Of a DNA stretch of 64,000 bases, positions 40,038 to 49,711 are shown piece after piece (the first letter of the stretch is position 1; every line of letters begins with the position of its first letter). The notes beneath the pieces were generated by a model. That model did no database searches, was not told the origin of the DNA, and saw only the letters and a list, made by a program, of their open reading frames with translations. A program made the position numbers and the translations under genes. This DNA is from Nannocystales bacterium. GTDB lineage: Bacteria; Myxococcota_A; Polyangia; Nannocystales; Nannocystaceae. The stretch lies in assembly GCA_050633305.1 (NCBI GenBank), contig JBOEGF010000006.1, positions 64,001-128,000 on the forward strand, given 5' to 3'.

Positions 40038-41279
40038 TCAGACCTTCCGCAGCACGATGGAGGCGTTGGTGCCCCCGAATCCGAAGCTGTTGCTGATCGC
40101 GTACTCGACGTCGGCTTCACGGGCCGTGTGGGGCACGTAGTCGAGGTCGCACTGTGGGTCGGGATCGTCGAGGTTGATGGTCGGCGGGATCACGCCGTCC
40201 CGCAGGACCAGCGCGGCGATCGCCGCCTCGAGGCTGCCGGTCGCCCCCAGCAGGTGACCGTGCATCGACTTGGTAGAGCTCACCGCGAGCCCATTGTCGG
40301 CATGAGCACCGAACACCGTGCGGATGGCAGCCGTCTCGAGGATGTCTGCATCCGTCGATGTAGCGTGTGCATTGATGTAGCCGACCTGCTCGGGGGAGAT
40401 CCCCGCATCTTGGAGGGCCAACTTCATGCACCGAGCACCGCCCTCTCCCTTGGGCGCCGGAGCCGTGATGTGGTGCGCGTCCGAGTTGGCCGCGTACCCG
40501 ACCAGCTCGGCCAGGATATTCGCGCCTCGGGCCTTCGCGTGCTCGTAGGACTCGAGCACCATGATCGCAGCGCCTTCGCTGAGCACGAAGCCGTCACGCG
40601 ATGCGGTGAACGGTCGGGAGGCCTTCGTGGGCTCGTCGTTGCGAGTCGACAGCGCGCGCGAGGCACAGAATCCCCCTACGCCCAGCTGCGTGACGGTGGA
40701 CTCGGTACCGCCGGCCAACATGATGTCCATGTCGCCGCGCTCGATCAGACGCGCGGCCTCACCCACCGAGTGGGCGCCGGTCGAACAGGCCGAGACCATC
40801 GACATGTTCGGACCCTTGAGGTCGTATCGGATCGACAGCTGGCCTGGCGCCAGGTTGATGATCACACCGGGGGTGAAGTACGGGCTGATGCCCAGGCGCG
40901 GACCCTTGGCGCCGATCTTCTCGAGCGTCGCCTCGATGGTGGTCAACCCACCCATGCCGGAGCCGACGTAGCAACCGGCGCGCTCGGGGTCCGGGGTCTT
41001 CTCGCGCAGACCCGCCATCTCCATGGCCATGTCCCCAGCCGCGATCGCGAACTGGATGAACAGGTCGCTGCGGCGGACTTCCTTTTTGGGCATCCACGGC
41101 GTGGGATCCCAGTCTCGGACCTCACCGGCGATGGTCGTTGTGTATTCGGACGCGTCGAAACGCGTGATGGGACCGATCCCAGACTCACCGGCTCGCAAGC
41201 GTCGCCAGTTGTCCTCGAGACCGATTCCCAGCGGCGTCACAAGGCCGACTCCGGTGATGGCGATTCTGCGTCTTGTCAC
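40038..41279 (-). CDS. fabF: Beta-ketoacyl-ACP synthase II
   Basis: [44 protein letters not shown]. Confidence 0.96.
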   Translation of the reverse strand: MTRRRIAITGVGLVTPLGIGLEDNWRRLRAGESGIGPITRFDASEYTTTIAGEVRDWDPTPWMPKKEVRRSDLFIQFAIAAGDMAMEMAGLREKTPDPERAGCYVGSGMGGLTTIEATLEKIGAKGPRLGISPYFTPGVIINLAPGQLSIRYDLKGPNMSMVSACSTGAHSVGEAARLIERGDMDIMLAGGTESTVTQLGVGGFCASRALSTRNDEPTKASRPFTASRDGFVLSEGAAIMVLESYEHAKARGANILAELVGYAANSDAHHITAPAPKGEGGARCMKLALQDAGISPEQVGYINAHATSTDADILETAAIRTVFGAHADNGLAVSSTKSMHGHLLGATGSLEAAIAALVLRDGVIPPTINLDDPDPQCDLDYVPHTAREADVEYAISNSFGFGGTNASIVLRKV

Positions 41280-41382
41280 GTCGAGCTCGATTCGGGGTGC
41301 GCACGGGTCCCGCCGCGTTCTACGGGCGGGAGGAAGCGAGGAGGCGGCCGCGCGCGCCCGTCCCCTCATCCTGTTCGCGACG

Positions 41383-41622
41383 CTACTCCTGCGTGTGGCT
41401 CTTCACGAAGCTGATCGCGTCGCCGACGGTCTTGATCTTGTCGACTTCGTCGTCGGGGATCTTCACTTCGAAGCGCTCTTCGAGCGCCAGCACGAGCTCG
41501 ACGATCGCCAGGGAGTCAGCGCCCAGGTCGTCTTGGAACGTCTTGCTGTCGCTGACGTCTTCGGGTTTGACGTCGAGCTGTTCGACGATGATCTCTTTGA
41601 CTTGGCTCTCGATGTCGGACAT
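41383..41622 (-). CDS. acpP: Acyl carrier protein
   Basis: [16 protein letters not shown]...DLGADSL...LEERF..IPD. Confidence 0.96.
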   Translation of the reverse strand: MSDIESQVKEIIVEQLDVKPEDVSDSKTFQDDLGADSLAIVELVLALEERFEVKIPDDEVDKIKTVGDAISFVKSHTQE

Positions 41623-41684
41623 TGGCTTGTCTCGTAGTGTCTTGGAAGGGGGGTTGTCGCGGGCCTCGATGAGGCCCGGAAGAC

Positions 41685-42464
41685 TCAGATGTGAAGGCCG
41701 CCGTTCACCCGGAGCACGTGCCCGGTGATGTAGCCGGCGGCGTCCGAAGCCAAGAAAGCGACGGACTCCGCGATATCGTTGGTCGCGCCGATGCGCCCAA
41801 GGGGAATGTTCCCGATCAGCGTGTCGCGGGCGTCGCCCACGAGCGCGGCATCGGTCATGTCGGTGGCGATGAAGCCCGGCGCAACGGCGTTGACGGTGCA
41901 CCCGCGGGAAGCGAGTTCCCGGGCGATGGACTTGGTCATTCCGATGACGCCCGCCTTGGTCGCGGCGTACATCGTCTGGCCAGCGTTGCCCTGTTCACCG
42001 ACAACGGAGGTGAGGTTGATGATCCGGCCCGAGGACTTCGCACGTAGCAGGGAGCGCGTGGCGGCCTTGCTGCACAGGAGCGTGCCGCGAAGGTTGACCC
42101 GCTGCAGCGTCTCCCAGTCTTCTTCCTTGGCCCGCATCAGCAGCGCATCGATCGAGATGCCAGCGTTGTTGACCAGGATGTCCAGGCCCCCGAGGGCCTC
42201 GGTGACCTGCTTGAACCCGGCGGTCACGGCGTCAGCGTCGCTGACATCGAATCCGACCGCGACAGCCGTGCCGCCGGCGTCCTCGATCGCGCCGACAACC
42301 TCTCGGGCCGCCGCCTCGCCGCGCGCGTAGTTAACCGCGACAGCGGCACCACGAGAGGCGAGCGTGATGGCGATCGCGCGGCCGATACCGCGGCTTCCGC
42401 CGGTCACCAGGGCACGGCGCCCCGACAGGTCCAAAGACGCCGGAAGTGCGTTGGAGGGTTCCAT
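41685..42464 (-). CDS. fabG: 3-oxoacyl-ACP reductase
   Basis: [32 protein letters not shown]. Confidence 0.95.
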   Translation of the reverse strand: MEPSNALPASLDLSGRRALVTGGSRGIGRAIAITLASRGAAVAVNYARGEAAAREVVGAIEDAGGTAVAVGFDVSDADAVTAGFKQVTEALGGLDILVNNAGISIDALLMRAKEEDWETLQRVNLRGTLLCSKAATRSLLRAKSSGRIINLTSVVGEQGNAGQTMYAATKAGVIGMTKSIARELASRGCTVNAVAPGFIATDMTDAALVGDARDTLIGNIPLGRIGATNDIAESVAFLASDAAGYITGHVLRVNGGLHI

Positions 42465-43393
42465 CAAGCGCCCTCGTGTAGCACATCGATATCGTCCGGG
42501 GAACCGACCCCACGGACGCTCACGCTGCGATCGATGCGACGCACCAACCCGGCAAGCACCTTCCCATGCCCCACCTCGAGCGCCGCGTCGATGCCCAGGT
42601 GCGCAGCCTTCTGCACGGACGCTTCCCACTTCACCCGGTGCGTGACCTGACGAACGAGAAGCTCGGCAACGCGCGAGGGATCTTCGTTGGGCTCGGCTTC
42701 CACGTTCGTGATCACCGGTGCCTCGAAAGCGCTCATCTGCACATCTGCGAGTGCGTCCTGCAGCCGATCGGCTGCCGGCTGCATCAGCGCGCAATGGAAT
42801 GGTGCGGACACCTTCAGCGGGATGGCGCGGGCCTTTTTTTCCTTGGCCAACCCCACGAGTCGCCCGACCGCCTCGGCGTGTCCAGCCACAACGATCTGTC
42901 CCCCGCCGTTCTCATTCGCGGGGCTGAGGACCTGATCTTGTGCGGCCTCCAGACACAGGGCTTCGAGCGCCTCGCCGTCCATCCCGATCACAGCCGCCAT
43001 CGCGCCGACCCCGGCGGGCACCGCTTCCTGCATCGCCTGCCCGCGAAGCCGAACGAGTTTGACGGCGTCCGCGAACTTCAACGCGCCCGCCCCGACGAGC
43101 GCCGAGAATTCACCGAGCGAGTGCCCCATGAAGAATGCCGGCTTCAGCTCGGTGCGCTCGCGAACCGCCGCGAGCGCAGCCACCGACGTCGTCAGGATCG
43201 CCGGCTGGGTGTTCGCGGTGAGCGTGAGGTCTTCGGCCGGGCCCTCGAAACACATCTTCGAGATCGACAAGCCCAGGGCGTCGTCGGCCTCGTCGAAGAT
43301 CGCTTTGGCGGCGGGGCTTTGCTCGTAGAGCGCCTTGCCCATGCCGACCTGTTGAGAACCCTGCCCAGGAAACAAGAATGCGAGATTGGTCAT
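42464..43393 (-). CDS. fabD: Malonyl-CoA:ACP transacylase
   Basis: FPGQGSQ, TQPAI, GHSLGE, VSAPFH. Confidence 0.96.
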   Translation of the reverse strand: MTNLAFLFPGQGSQQVGMGKALYEQSPAAKAIFDEADDALGLSISKMCFEGPAEDLTLTANTQPAILTTSVAALAAVRERTELKPAFFMGHSLGEFSALVGAGALKFADAVKLVRLRGQAMQEAVPAGVGAMAAVIGMDGEALEALCLEAAQDQVLSPANENGGGQIVVAGHAEAVGRLVGLAKEKKARAIPLKVSAPFHCALMQPAADRLQDALADVQMSAFEAPVITNVEAEPNEDPSRVAELLVRQVTHRVKWEASVQKAAHLGIDAALEVGHGKVLAGLVRRIDRSVSVRGVGSPDDIDVLHEGA

Positions 43394-44448
43394 GACGCGC
43401 TTTCGGCCGCCTTCGCGGCATCGAAGAGGGGTTTGTGCTCCGCGACCGCGGCCTCGAGCTGCGGTGCGAGTTTCTCGGACACGGAACGTGCGGCGAACTC
43501 GAGACTGTGCGCGATGGCATTCGCGCTGGCGGACCCGTGACAGATGAACGCCAAGCCTCGAACACCCAGCAATGGCGCGGCCCCGTAGACGTCGGGGTCC
43601 AGCGCGGAGCGAAGCTCCATCAGGGCGGGCTTCATCAGCAACGCACCCATCTTGGAGCGACCGCTTCCGCCGATCGCATCCTTGAGCCACCCGCCGATCG
43701 CCCGCCCGGTCGCCTCCATGACTTTCAGCGCAATGTTGCCGGTGAAGCCATCGGTGACCATCACATCCACCGCGCCCGCCATCAGGTCGGATCCCTCGGC
43801 GTAGCCGGCGTACTCGAATGCCTCGCTGGGGTGCTCCCGCAACAACTGATGCGCGACGCGAGTCAGCTCGGTGCCCTTGCCATCTTCCGATCCATTGGAG
43901 AGCAAGCCGACGTTGGGCCGCGTTCGCCCGTGCTTGAAGCCGGCATAGACCGCGCCGAGCACCGCGAACTGCACGAGGTTGACCGGCTTGCAGTCGACGT
44001 TGGCGCCAACGTCGAGGAAGGCGGTGAGCTTGCCGTTGCGGGTCGGCGTCGACGTGACCAACGCCGGTCGGTCAACGCCCTTGATGCGGCGGTACTTGAA
44101 CAGTCCACACGCCAACATCGCGCCAGAGTTGCCCGCGGAGACCACCGCATCGGCCTCTCCGTTCTTGACCAACTCGAAACACTGCGGCATCGAAGCCGCT
44201 GGCTTCCCGCGGACAGCCTTGCTGGGGCTGTCCTGCATCGTAATGACGTCGGGCGCGTGATGGACCCGAATCGGCAGCGAGGCCCAATCACGAGCCTGCG
44301 CGTCCAGGGCAGTCTTTAGTTTTTTTTCGTCGCCAACGAGGACGACATCAACCCCGCCGGTTCGTACGGCCTGCAGGGCCCCTTCGATCTCAGGGCCGGG
44401 GCAAGCGTCTCCACCGAAAGCATCCAGGGCGATCCTAGCGTTTGCCAT
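43390..44448 (-). CDS. plsX: Phosphate acyltransferase PlsX
   Basis: IALDAFGGD, SAGNSGA, RPAL, DVGAN, TDGFTGN..LK, GAAPLLG, HGS. Confidence 0.96.
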   Translation of the reverse strand: MANARIALDAFGGDACPGPEIEGALQAVRTGGVDVVLVGDEKKLKTALDAQARDWASLPIRVHHAPDVITMQDSPSKAVRGKPAASMPQCFELVKNGEADAVVSAGNSGAMLACGLFKYRRIKGVDRPALVTSTPTRNGKLTAFLDVGANVDCKPVNLVQFAVLGAVYAGFKHGRTRPNVGLLSNGSEDGKGTELTRVAHQLLREHPSEAFEYAGYAEGSDLMAGAVDVMVTDGFTGNIALKVMEATGRAIGGWLKDAIGGSGRSKMGALLMKPALMELRSALDPDVYGAAPLLGVRGLAFICHGSASANAIAHSLEFAARSVSEKLAPQLEAAVAEHKPLFDAAKAAESAS

Positions 44449-44538
44449 GGAAAAGCCTTGAAGCTCATCAACGCAGACGGGGCAGACGGGTTCGAGGAGC
44501 AGACTGCAAAGAAGTAGAGGAGTCGGTCTCGGTTCGGG

Positions 44539-44567
44539 AACAGGGAGGACACCCGGTCCTCCCTGTT
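44539..44567. terminator. Perfect 12-bp hairpin between rpmF and plsX (weak terminator or 3' stabiliser)
   Basis: AACAGGGAGGAC-ACCCG-GTCCTCCCTGTT, 16 nt after the rpmF stop; no long U-tract. Confidence 0.5.
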
Positions 44568-44583
44568 GACCACGAACGAGAAC

Positions 44584-44769
44584 CTAGTCTTGGGCGACCG
44601 CAACCACCTCGCGTCCGCGGTACTGACCGCAGGCCGGGCACACGCGGTGGCTGATCATCAGCTCTCCGCAGTTGGGGCACGGTCCGAGGTTCGGCGCGGT
44701 GATCTTGTCGTGGTTGGCACGACGCATGTTGCGGCGCGAGGAAGACGTTCGTTTCTTAGGTACAGCCAT
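44584..44769 (-). CDS. rpmF: 50S ribosomal protein L32
   Basis: [20 protein letters not shown]...[10 protein letters not shown]. Confidence 0.97.
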   Translation of the reverse strand: MAVPKKRTSSSRRNMRRANHDKITAPNLGPCPNCGELMISHRVCPACGQYRGREVVAVAQD

Positions 44770-44836
44770 CGGGCCCTCGAAGAGGCGGGAGTGTAGTGGT
44801 GGCCCGCACCCGGCGGCAAGGGCCTAAGTCGGGTTT

Positions 44837-45529
44837 TCAGTCGGGCAATTGGAGCTTTCTCAAGGCGTCCGCCAGGGCGGTCGACTTGGGCGGTTCTTCC
44901 GCGTCGCTGTCCGATTCCGCCTCCGTGGGCGGGTCGCCGACGGCGCCGAGGAATTCCTGGCCGCACTTCACGCAGAACGCGCGGTTGCCAGCGATCCGCG
45001 GGGGGACCTCGTTGAAGTTGTTCCCACAGCCCGAGCACAGGCCTTCACAGGCCTCGCCCTTCTCGCACAGGGCGCGCATGGGGTACGCCACCTTCACGTA
45101 CTCGGTCACGACCCGGGCGAGGTCGATCGTCCGTCCATCATATGGCCAGCTGTCGAGCGCTTCGTCGTCGAGCGCCAATCCGTCCTCATCTTCCTCCTGG
45201 CGGGCCACAGGGGTGCCGGAGAGCACGAACATCGCGTCGATCCGGCTGTTGCCGTCGACCACCGCATCCTCAAGACAGCGTCCACAAGGAACGATGAACG
45301 TCACTGCGAGCTGACCGGAGACGATCACAGGCCCGTCGCCGGGCAGGTTGAGGTCAAATGCGACCCTGCCCGCCTCGCGAACCTCGGCGTCAGTATCGGA
45401 CAGCGCGTGCGCGAGCCACTCGGAGGAGAGATCCGCCTCCACGCGGCCGTGGGTTTCGCCGCGCCGCCGCATCGCGGACACGTCGACGCTCAACGACTCG
45501 GGCGGCGGTGGAGCAGCGGCTTCGGACAT
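44837..45529 (-). CDS. yceD: YceD/DUF177 family protein
   Basis: CGRCL, IDL, P.RALC...CEGLC..CG.N.N; upstream of rpmF. Confidence 0.9.
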   Translation of the reverse strand: MSEAAAPPPPESLSVDVSAMRRRGETHGRVEADLSSEWLAHALSDTDAEVREAGRVAFDLNLPGDGPVIVSGQLAVTFIVPCGRCLEDAVVDGNSRIDAMFVLSGTPVARQEEDEDGLALDDEALDSWPYDGRTIDLARVVTEYVKVAYPMRALCEKGEACEGLCSGCGNNFNEVPPRIAGNRAFCVKCGQEFLGAVGDPPTEAESDSDAEEPPKSTALADALRKLQLPD

Positions 45530-45536
45530 GCGCGGC

Positions 45537-45565
45537 GGTGTAGTGCGTCCGCCGCCCGCTGTCAA
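45537..45565 (-). promoter_or_regulatory. sigma70 promoter of the yceD-rpmF operon (leaderless start)
   Basis: Minus strand TTGACA-N17-TACACC; the ATG lies 7 nt downstream of the -10. Confidence 0.6.
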
Positions 45566-45665
45566 AACGTCCGTGCAGGCGTGAGCCGGGCCGTGATCCC
45601 GATCGTAGGGTCGAACCCCGCGCCATTGACCGCAAACCGCACAGTGTCGTAGACCGTCGCGACCC

Positions 45666-48600
45666 GTGCCGGCAGCGCACAACCAACCACCTCGTCGGGC
45701 CTCGCGCCTGGCATGGCTGCTCCCGCTGGCCGCCCTGTTCGTGCTGACGCCGAGCCTCGCGCGCGCTGGTTCGATCGCGCACATGCCCGTGCGCTCACCG
45801 GCCGCCCTGATTCCACCGCAGGCTCCGGGAGTCTCGCTCGGTTCCGCAACAGCGTTCGCGCCCGCGCCCGAGTCTCCGCCCCCCGGAACCCCGAGCCCAG
45901 ATGCGAAGCCGGATCCAGATGCGAAGCCGGATCCAGATGCGAAGCCGGATCCAGATGCGTCGGACGACGAAGCGTCGACGCTGATCCGTCAGCGCAACAT
46001 CCCGCCGCTGTGGTTCAACCGCGAGTTCGACACGCACCAAACCAAGGCGGTCCCGCCGTTCTTCATCCACCGGACGCCCAAGGCTGGGCACCCCGAGAAG
46101 CTCCTTCATGCCGACCTGTCGTTGACCTTCGCTTGGTACGACAAACGGATGGAGCGTCGGCGGTGGATGAACCCCGCGGTCCTGTTCTTCGGAAGCTACT
46201 CCAAGCGCAAGACCGTCTGGGGCGCTGCGCCTCTGTTGATGGGCTACCGACGCGTCGGCGAGCAGTTCAACTTCGGCCAGTTCCCGCTGGTGTGGTGGTG
46301 GGGCACGAAGTTCGTGAAGAACTTCCTTGTCGTCCCCTTCCACTACCAACAGAAGACGCCCGACAGCTTCCGGGGTGTGTCCGCGTTGTTCTTCTGGTAT
46401 GGGCGCAAGGACACCGAAGACGCCGATCTGCAAAACGATCGGAAGCACTTCGTCGCGGCCCCCTTCTTTTTCCGGTTCCAACGCGGACTCAAGCGTTTCG
46501 ACTACTCGCTGGTCTACTTCGGCGGCCACAACAAGCTCAAGGGCCGCAAGTTCTCCGCATTCGCCCCCTTCGTGCTCCTGCAGCAGAGTGAGTTCGGCAA
46601 CCGCAAAGAAGTGTGGTCGCTCCCTTGGATTCGACGGACGGACACGGCACGCCGCAAATCGGCGTGGTCGGTTCCGGTCGCCTTGACCTTCGGCACCAAG
46701 AACCCCGACGGCAGTCTGCTGTCCGTCACGCCGCTGGTCTGGCACGCCCGCAACAACCTCAAGGGCAGCAAGCTGACCATCGCTGGGCCGCTCGGCTGGT
46801 ACGACGATCCCAACCAGCGCAACATCGTCGGCGCTCCCCTCTTCTACCGGTTCCACGACAAGACCTACGGACGCACGACCAACGTGTTCGCACCGCTGGT
46901 CTTGACCCGGAGCACGCCCAAGAGCACCGCCGTGTGGACGCCGATCGGTGGCGGACGTCGGGGTCAAAACGGCTGGGGCTTCGGCATCGTCCCAGCCCTG
47001 ACCGGCTTCGCCCAAGGTCCCGACGGCCGTCGTTTCGGCACCGTCGGTGGACTCGTGTGGCACGCCAAGCGCCCCGCGAGCGAGAGCAAGCCCGCCCGCA
47101 GCCTCTGGGTCGCCGGCCCGCTCGGCTACGGAGACCGCCGCGGCAGTCGCATGCACTTGGGCCTCGTCCCGGCCATGACCTTCGTGGGCTGGGGAGAAGG
47201 CAAGAACTACCAAGTCGTCACGCCGCTGCTGTGGCACGTGCGCGACGCGGCAGCCGATCGACGCACCGTCGTCGCCGGGCCGGTCTACCACCACCACGAC
47301 AAGGCCGGCAGCGCGGGCGGGATCGCTCCGCTCGCGTTCTGGGGCAACAGCCCGCAGCACCGCTACGGGATCCTTCCGTGGCTCCTCATCGGTGACGTCA
47401 CCTTCAAGGACACCCAAGAGCGGCTGACCGTCTCGCCCGTGTTCGTCCGCTCCAAGAGCCCGACCGCCCGCACCCTCGGCGTGGCCGGGATCGCGTGGGA
47501 TGTGCAACGAGGCAACGGGGCCGAGCGACACAGCGTGCTCTTCCCGCTGTACTACCGTCGCCAGCTCCCCGGACGCACCACGGTCGTGACGCCGATCGGT
47601 GGCATGTACGCGAGGGGCGCGGATCGAACCTCGGTCTACGGCCTGTACTACCGCCGCAAGACCGCGGACCGGAACGGCTGGGGCGTACTGCCCTTGGTCT
47701 TCCACGACGCGCACCCGGTCGAAGGCGGCCGGTCCTCGCACACGGTGGCAGCGCCTCTGTATCTCCGGCGCCGCACCCCGACCGACGACCTGGACGTGTT
47801 CACCCCCCTGGTGTGGCGCAGCAACGTTCGCGGCGACAAGCCCCGCAAAGGCCTGGCCGTCGCCCCCTTCTACTTCCGACAGCGCCAACCTGGCGGCGTG
47901 GATGTGGATGCGGGTCTGCCGTTCTTCTTCTCCCGCGATCGGGTGCGGCACACGCACACGTACATCGTCGCGACAGGGTTCCACCGGCTCAGCCGCAAAG
48001 GGCTCAACTCCGGCGTGGCACCGCTGTGGTGGTGGGCCGACTCCGAGGAAAAGCGTCGCCTCGTCGCACTCCCCGCAATCTTCCACTTCGAAGACAAGAC
48101 CAAGAACGAGCACACCACCATCGCGGTGCCGTTGTGGTTCGACCGCCAGCGCGCCGATGGGCGCCGACGGTGGGCCGCGTTCCCGTTCGTCTTCGGTGGC
48201 CGCAAAGGCTACGACCACAGCCGCTTCTCGCTGGCACCGATCGGATACTTCGACCTGTTCCGCCTGCAACGGAACACCCGGTTCACGGGCTACGTGCCGC
48301 TGCTGTTCCGCTTCCAAAAAGGCGGATTCCAGGCCGGGGACGACCCCAAGAGCCGCTACACCCTGTGGGGAAGCGCTCCACTGTTCCTGTACGGCAAGGA
48401 CGGCAACGGCCGCCGTACCCACGGCGCGTTGGTCTACTACTACGACCGCAAGCCCGGCAGCGTGAAGCTGTACACCCCCGTCTTCGGGGTCACGAACGAA
48501 CCCGGCAAGACACTAGGCTGGTACGCGGGCAACTTTGGCCTGCGGACCACCAACACCCACAAGCGCTCGTTCTTCTTCCCCCTTTGGTACCGCAAGGCGC

Positions 48601-49379
48601 ACCGGCTCGAGGATCGCAGCCTGACCCTGGCCGCGCCGCCCGTGTTCATCTCGCAGCGCCGCGAGGACCGTCGCTTCTTCGAAGCCGGGCTCGTCGTGTG
48701 GCAGTGGAGGCAGCAGCACAAGGTGTCGACCGCCGTCGCACCTCCGGTGTTCTACTTCTCCGAGGCCTACGCGCAGCGTCGTCTGTACTGGCTGATGCCG
48801 CTGTTCATTCGCGACAACAACTTCGCGAAGGACACCGCCGCGTTCGCCATCCCCGGCGTGTACACGCAGGTTCGCAAGGGTGAGAACCTGGACTTCGTGC
48901 AGTTCCCGCTCGTGTGGCACATCGAGCGCGGCCAGAACCAAGGCACGTTCGGCGCGTTTGCGTGGTGGGATATCCGAGTCAAGGGCAAGACCCTCCAGAT
49001 GGTCCCTGCCCTGTTCACCCGCTGGAAGACCCCCGAGCGAGACACCAAAGTCATCGGTCCAGGCTTGGGCTGGTGGAGCCGCGGAAGCGTAGAGGACCCC
49101 AAGGCCAAGGGGTGGCGCGTGTTGTTCGGAGCCTTCGGCGCGGGGACACAGAACGGTCGCAAGTACATGAGCATCTTCGGTGCTCGCATCGACCGAGGTC
49201 CTGCGCCCGCAGAGCCGACCAAGGCCGAAGCTCGCCGAGCGGCTCGCCGTGACCGTCGACAAGCCAAGAAGACCGCGCGCGCGACCGCACAGTCCGACCG
49301 TCGGTTGAAGCGCCAGGCAGCGTCCGCAGCCCGGATGCGCAAACCGACCGCTTCGGCCGCCCCCACCCCGGCGCCATAG
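45666..49379 (+). CDS. Large secreted aromatic/basic repeat protein of unknown function
   Basis: 1237-aa high-GC3 ORF; signal peptide (..LTPSLARA); about 60 repeats of roughly 18 aa centred on hydrophobic-Pro-hydrophobic/aromatic motifs; TTGACC-N18-TAGACC upstream. Confidence 0.85.
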   Translation: MPAAHNQPPRRASRLAWLLPLAALFVLTPSLARAGSIAHMPVRSPAALIPPQAPGVSLGSATAFAPAPESPPPGTPSPDAKPDPDAKPDPDAKPDPDASDDEASTLIRQRNIPPLWFNREFDTHQTKAVPPFFIHRTPKAGHPEKLLHADLSLTFAWYDKRMERRRWMNPAVLFFGSYSKRKTVWGAAPLLMGYRRVGEQFNFGQFPLVWWWGTKFVKNFLVVPFHYQQKTPDSFRGVSALFFWYGRKDTEDADLQNDRKHFVAAPFFFRFQRGLKRFDYSLVYFGGHNKLKGRKFSAFAPFVLLQQSEFGNRKEVWSLPWIRRTDTARRKSAWSVPVALTFGTKNPDGSLLSVTPLVWHARNNLKGSKLTIAGPLGWYDDPNQRNIVGAPLFYRFHDKTYGRTTNVFAPLVLTRSTPKSTAVWTPIGGGRRGQNGWGFGIVPALTGFAQGPDGRRFGTVGGLVWHAKRPASESKPARSLWVAGPLGYGDRRGSRMHLGLVPAMTFVGWGEGKNYQVVTPLLWHVRDAAADRRTVVAGPVYHHHDKAGSAGGIAPLAFWGNSPQHRYGILPWLLIGDVTFKDTQERLTVSPVFVRSKSPTARTLGVAGIAWDVQRGNGAERHSVLFPLYYRRQLPGRTTVVTPIGGMYARGADRTSVYGLYYRRKTADRNGWGVLPLVFHDAHPVEGGRSSHTVAAPLYLRRRTPTDDLDVFTPLVWRSNVRGDKPRKGLAVAPFYFRQRQPGGVDVDAGLPFFFSRDRVRHTHTYIVATGFHRLSRKGLNSGVAPLWWWADSEEKRRLVALPAIFHFEDKTKNEHTTIAVPLWFDRQRADGRRRWAAFPFVFGGRKGYDHSRFSLAPIGYFDLFRLQRNTRFTGYVPLLFRFQKGGFQAGDDPKSRYTLWGSAPLFLYGKDGNGRRTHGALVYYYDRKPGSVKLYTPVFGVTNEPGKTLGWYAGNFGLRTTNTHKRSFFFPLWYRKAHRLEDRSLTLAAPPVFISQRREDRRFFEAGLVVWQWRQQHKVSTAVAPPVFYFSEAYAQRRLYWLMPLFIRDNNFAKDTAAFAIPGVYTQVRKGENLDFVQFPLVWHIERGQNQGTFGAFAWWDIRVKGKTLQMVPALFTRWKTPERDTKVIGPGLGWWSRGSVEDPKAKGWRVLFGAFGAGTQNGRKYMSIFGARIDRGPAPAEPTKAEARRAARRDRRQAKKTARATAQSDRRLKRQAASAARMRKPTASAAPTPAP
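45897..45959 (+). repeat. 18-bp coding tandem repeat x3.5 (PDAKPD)
   Basis: CCAGATGCGAAGCCGGAT x3 plus CCAGATGCG. Confidence 0.95.
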
Positions 49380-49711
49380 CGGCCGCACACGGAAGCCTGC
49401 CAGCCTGTTCCAGGGTGTCTGTCCTGGGCCTTGAGTTCAGGACAGTCCGGGGGGCAGGGTGGCGCCGCTGCGGGACCCTGCGCGCCCCAGCTCAGGTCAT
49501 CCACCGCTCGAAGGCACACGGACCTCCAGACGGCGGAGGCACGCACCAGCATCGCCTAGTCGGGCACGGGCGAACGCGAAGCGCCGACGAGGGTGACAGA
49601 TCGGGAAGCCGGGGCCTGCGGTGCGGGTGCCGATTCGTGCAACGGCACCCCCCCCTCCCCCCGAAGCGCCGCGAAAACGTGCTTGGCATGGTTCTTCCAA
49701 AGCCTCCCCGC

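Noticed and set aside
45795..48422. Long antisense ORFs (this 875-aa one, also 12014-14164, 30331-32430, 4520-6142, 59984-62074 and others)
   Set aside because: Shadow ORFs opposite clear genes, expected in high-GC DNA with few stop codons; no motifs.
49683..49698. sigma54 promoter TTGGCATGGTTCTTCC before the lipoprotein at 49712
   Set aside because: The -12 element is CC rather than the near-invariant GC.
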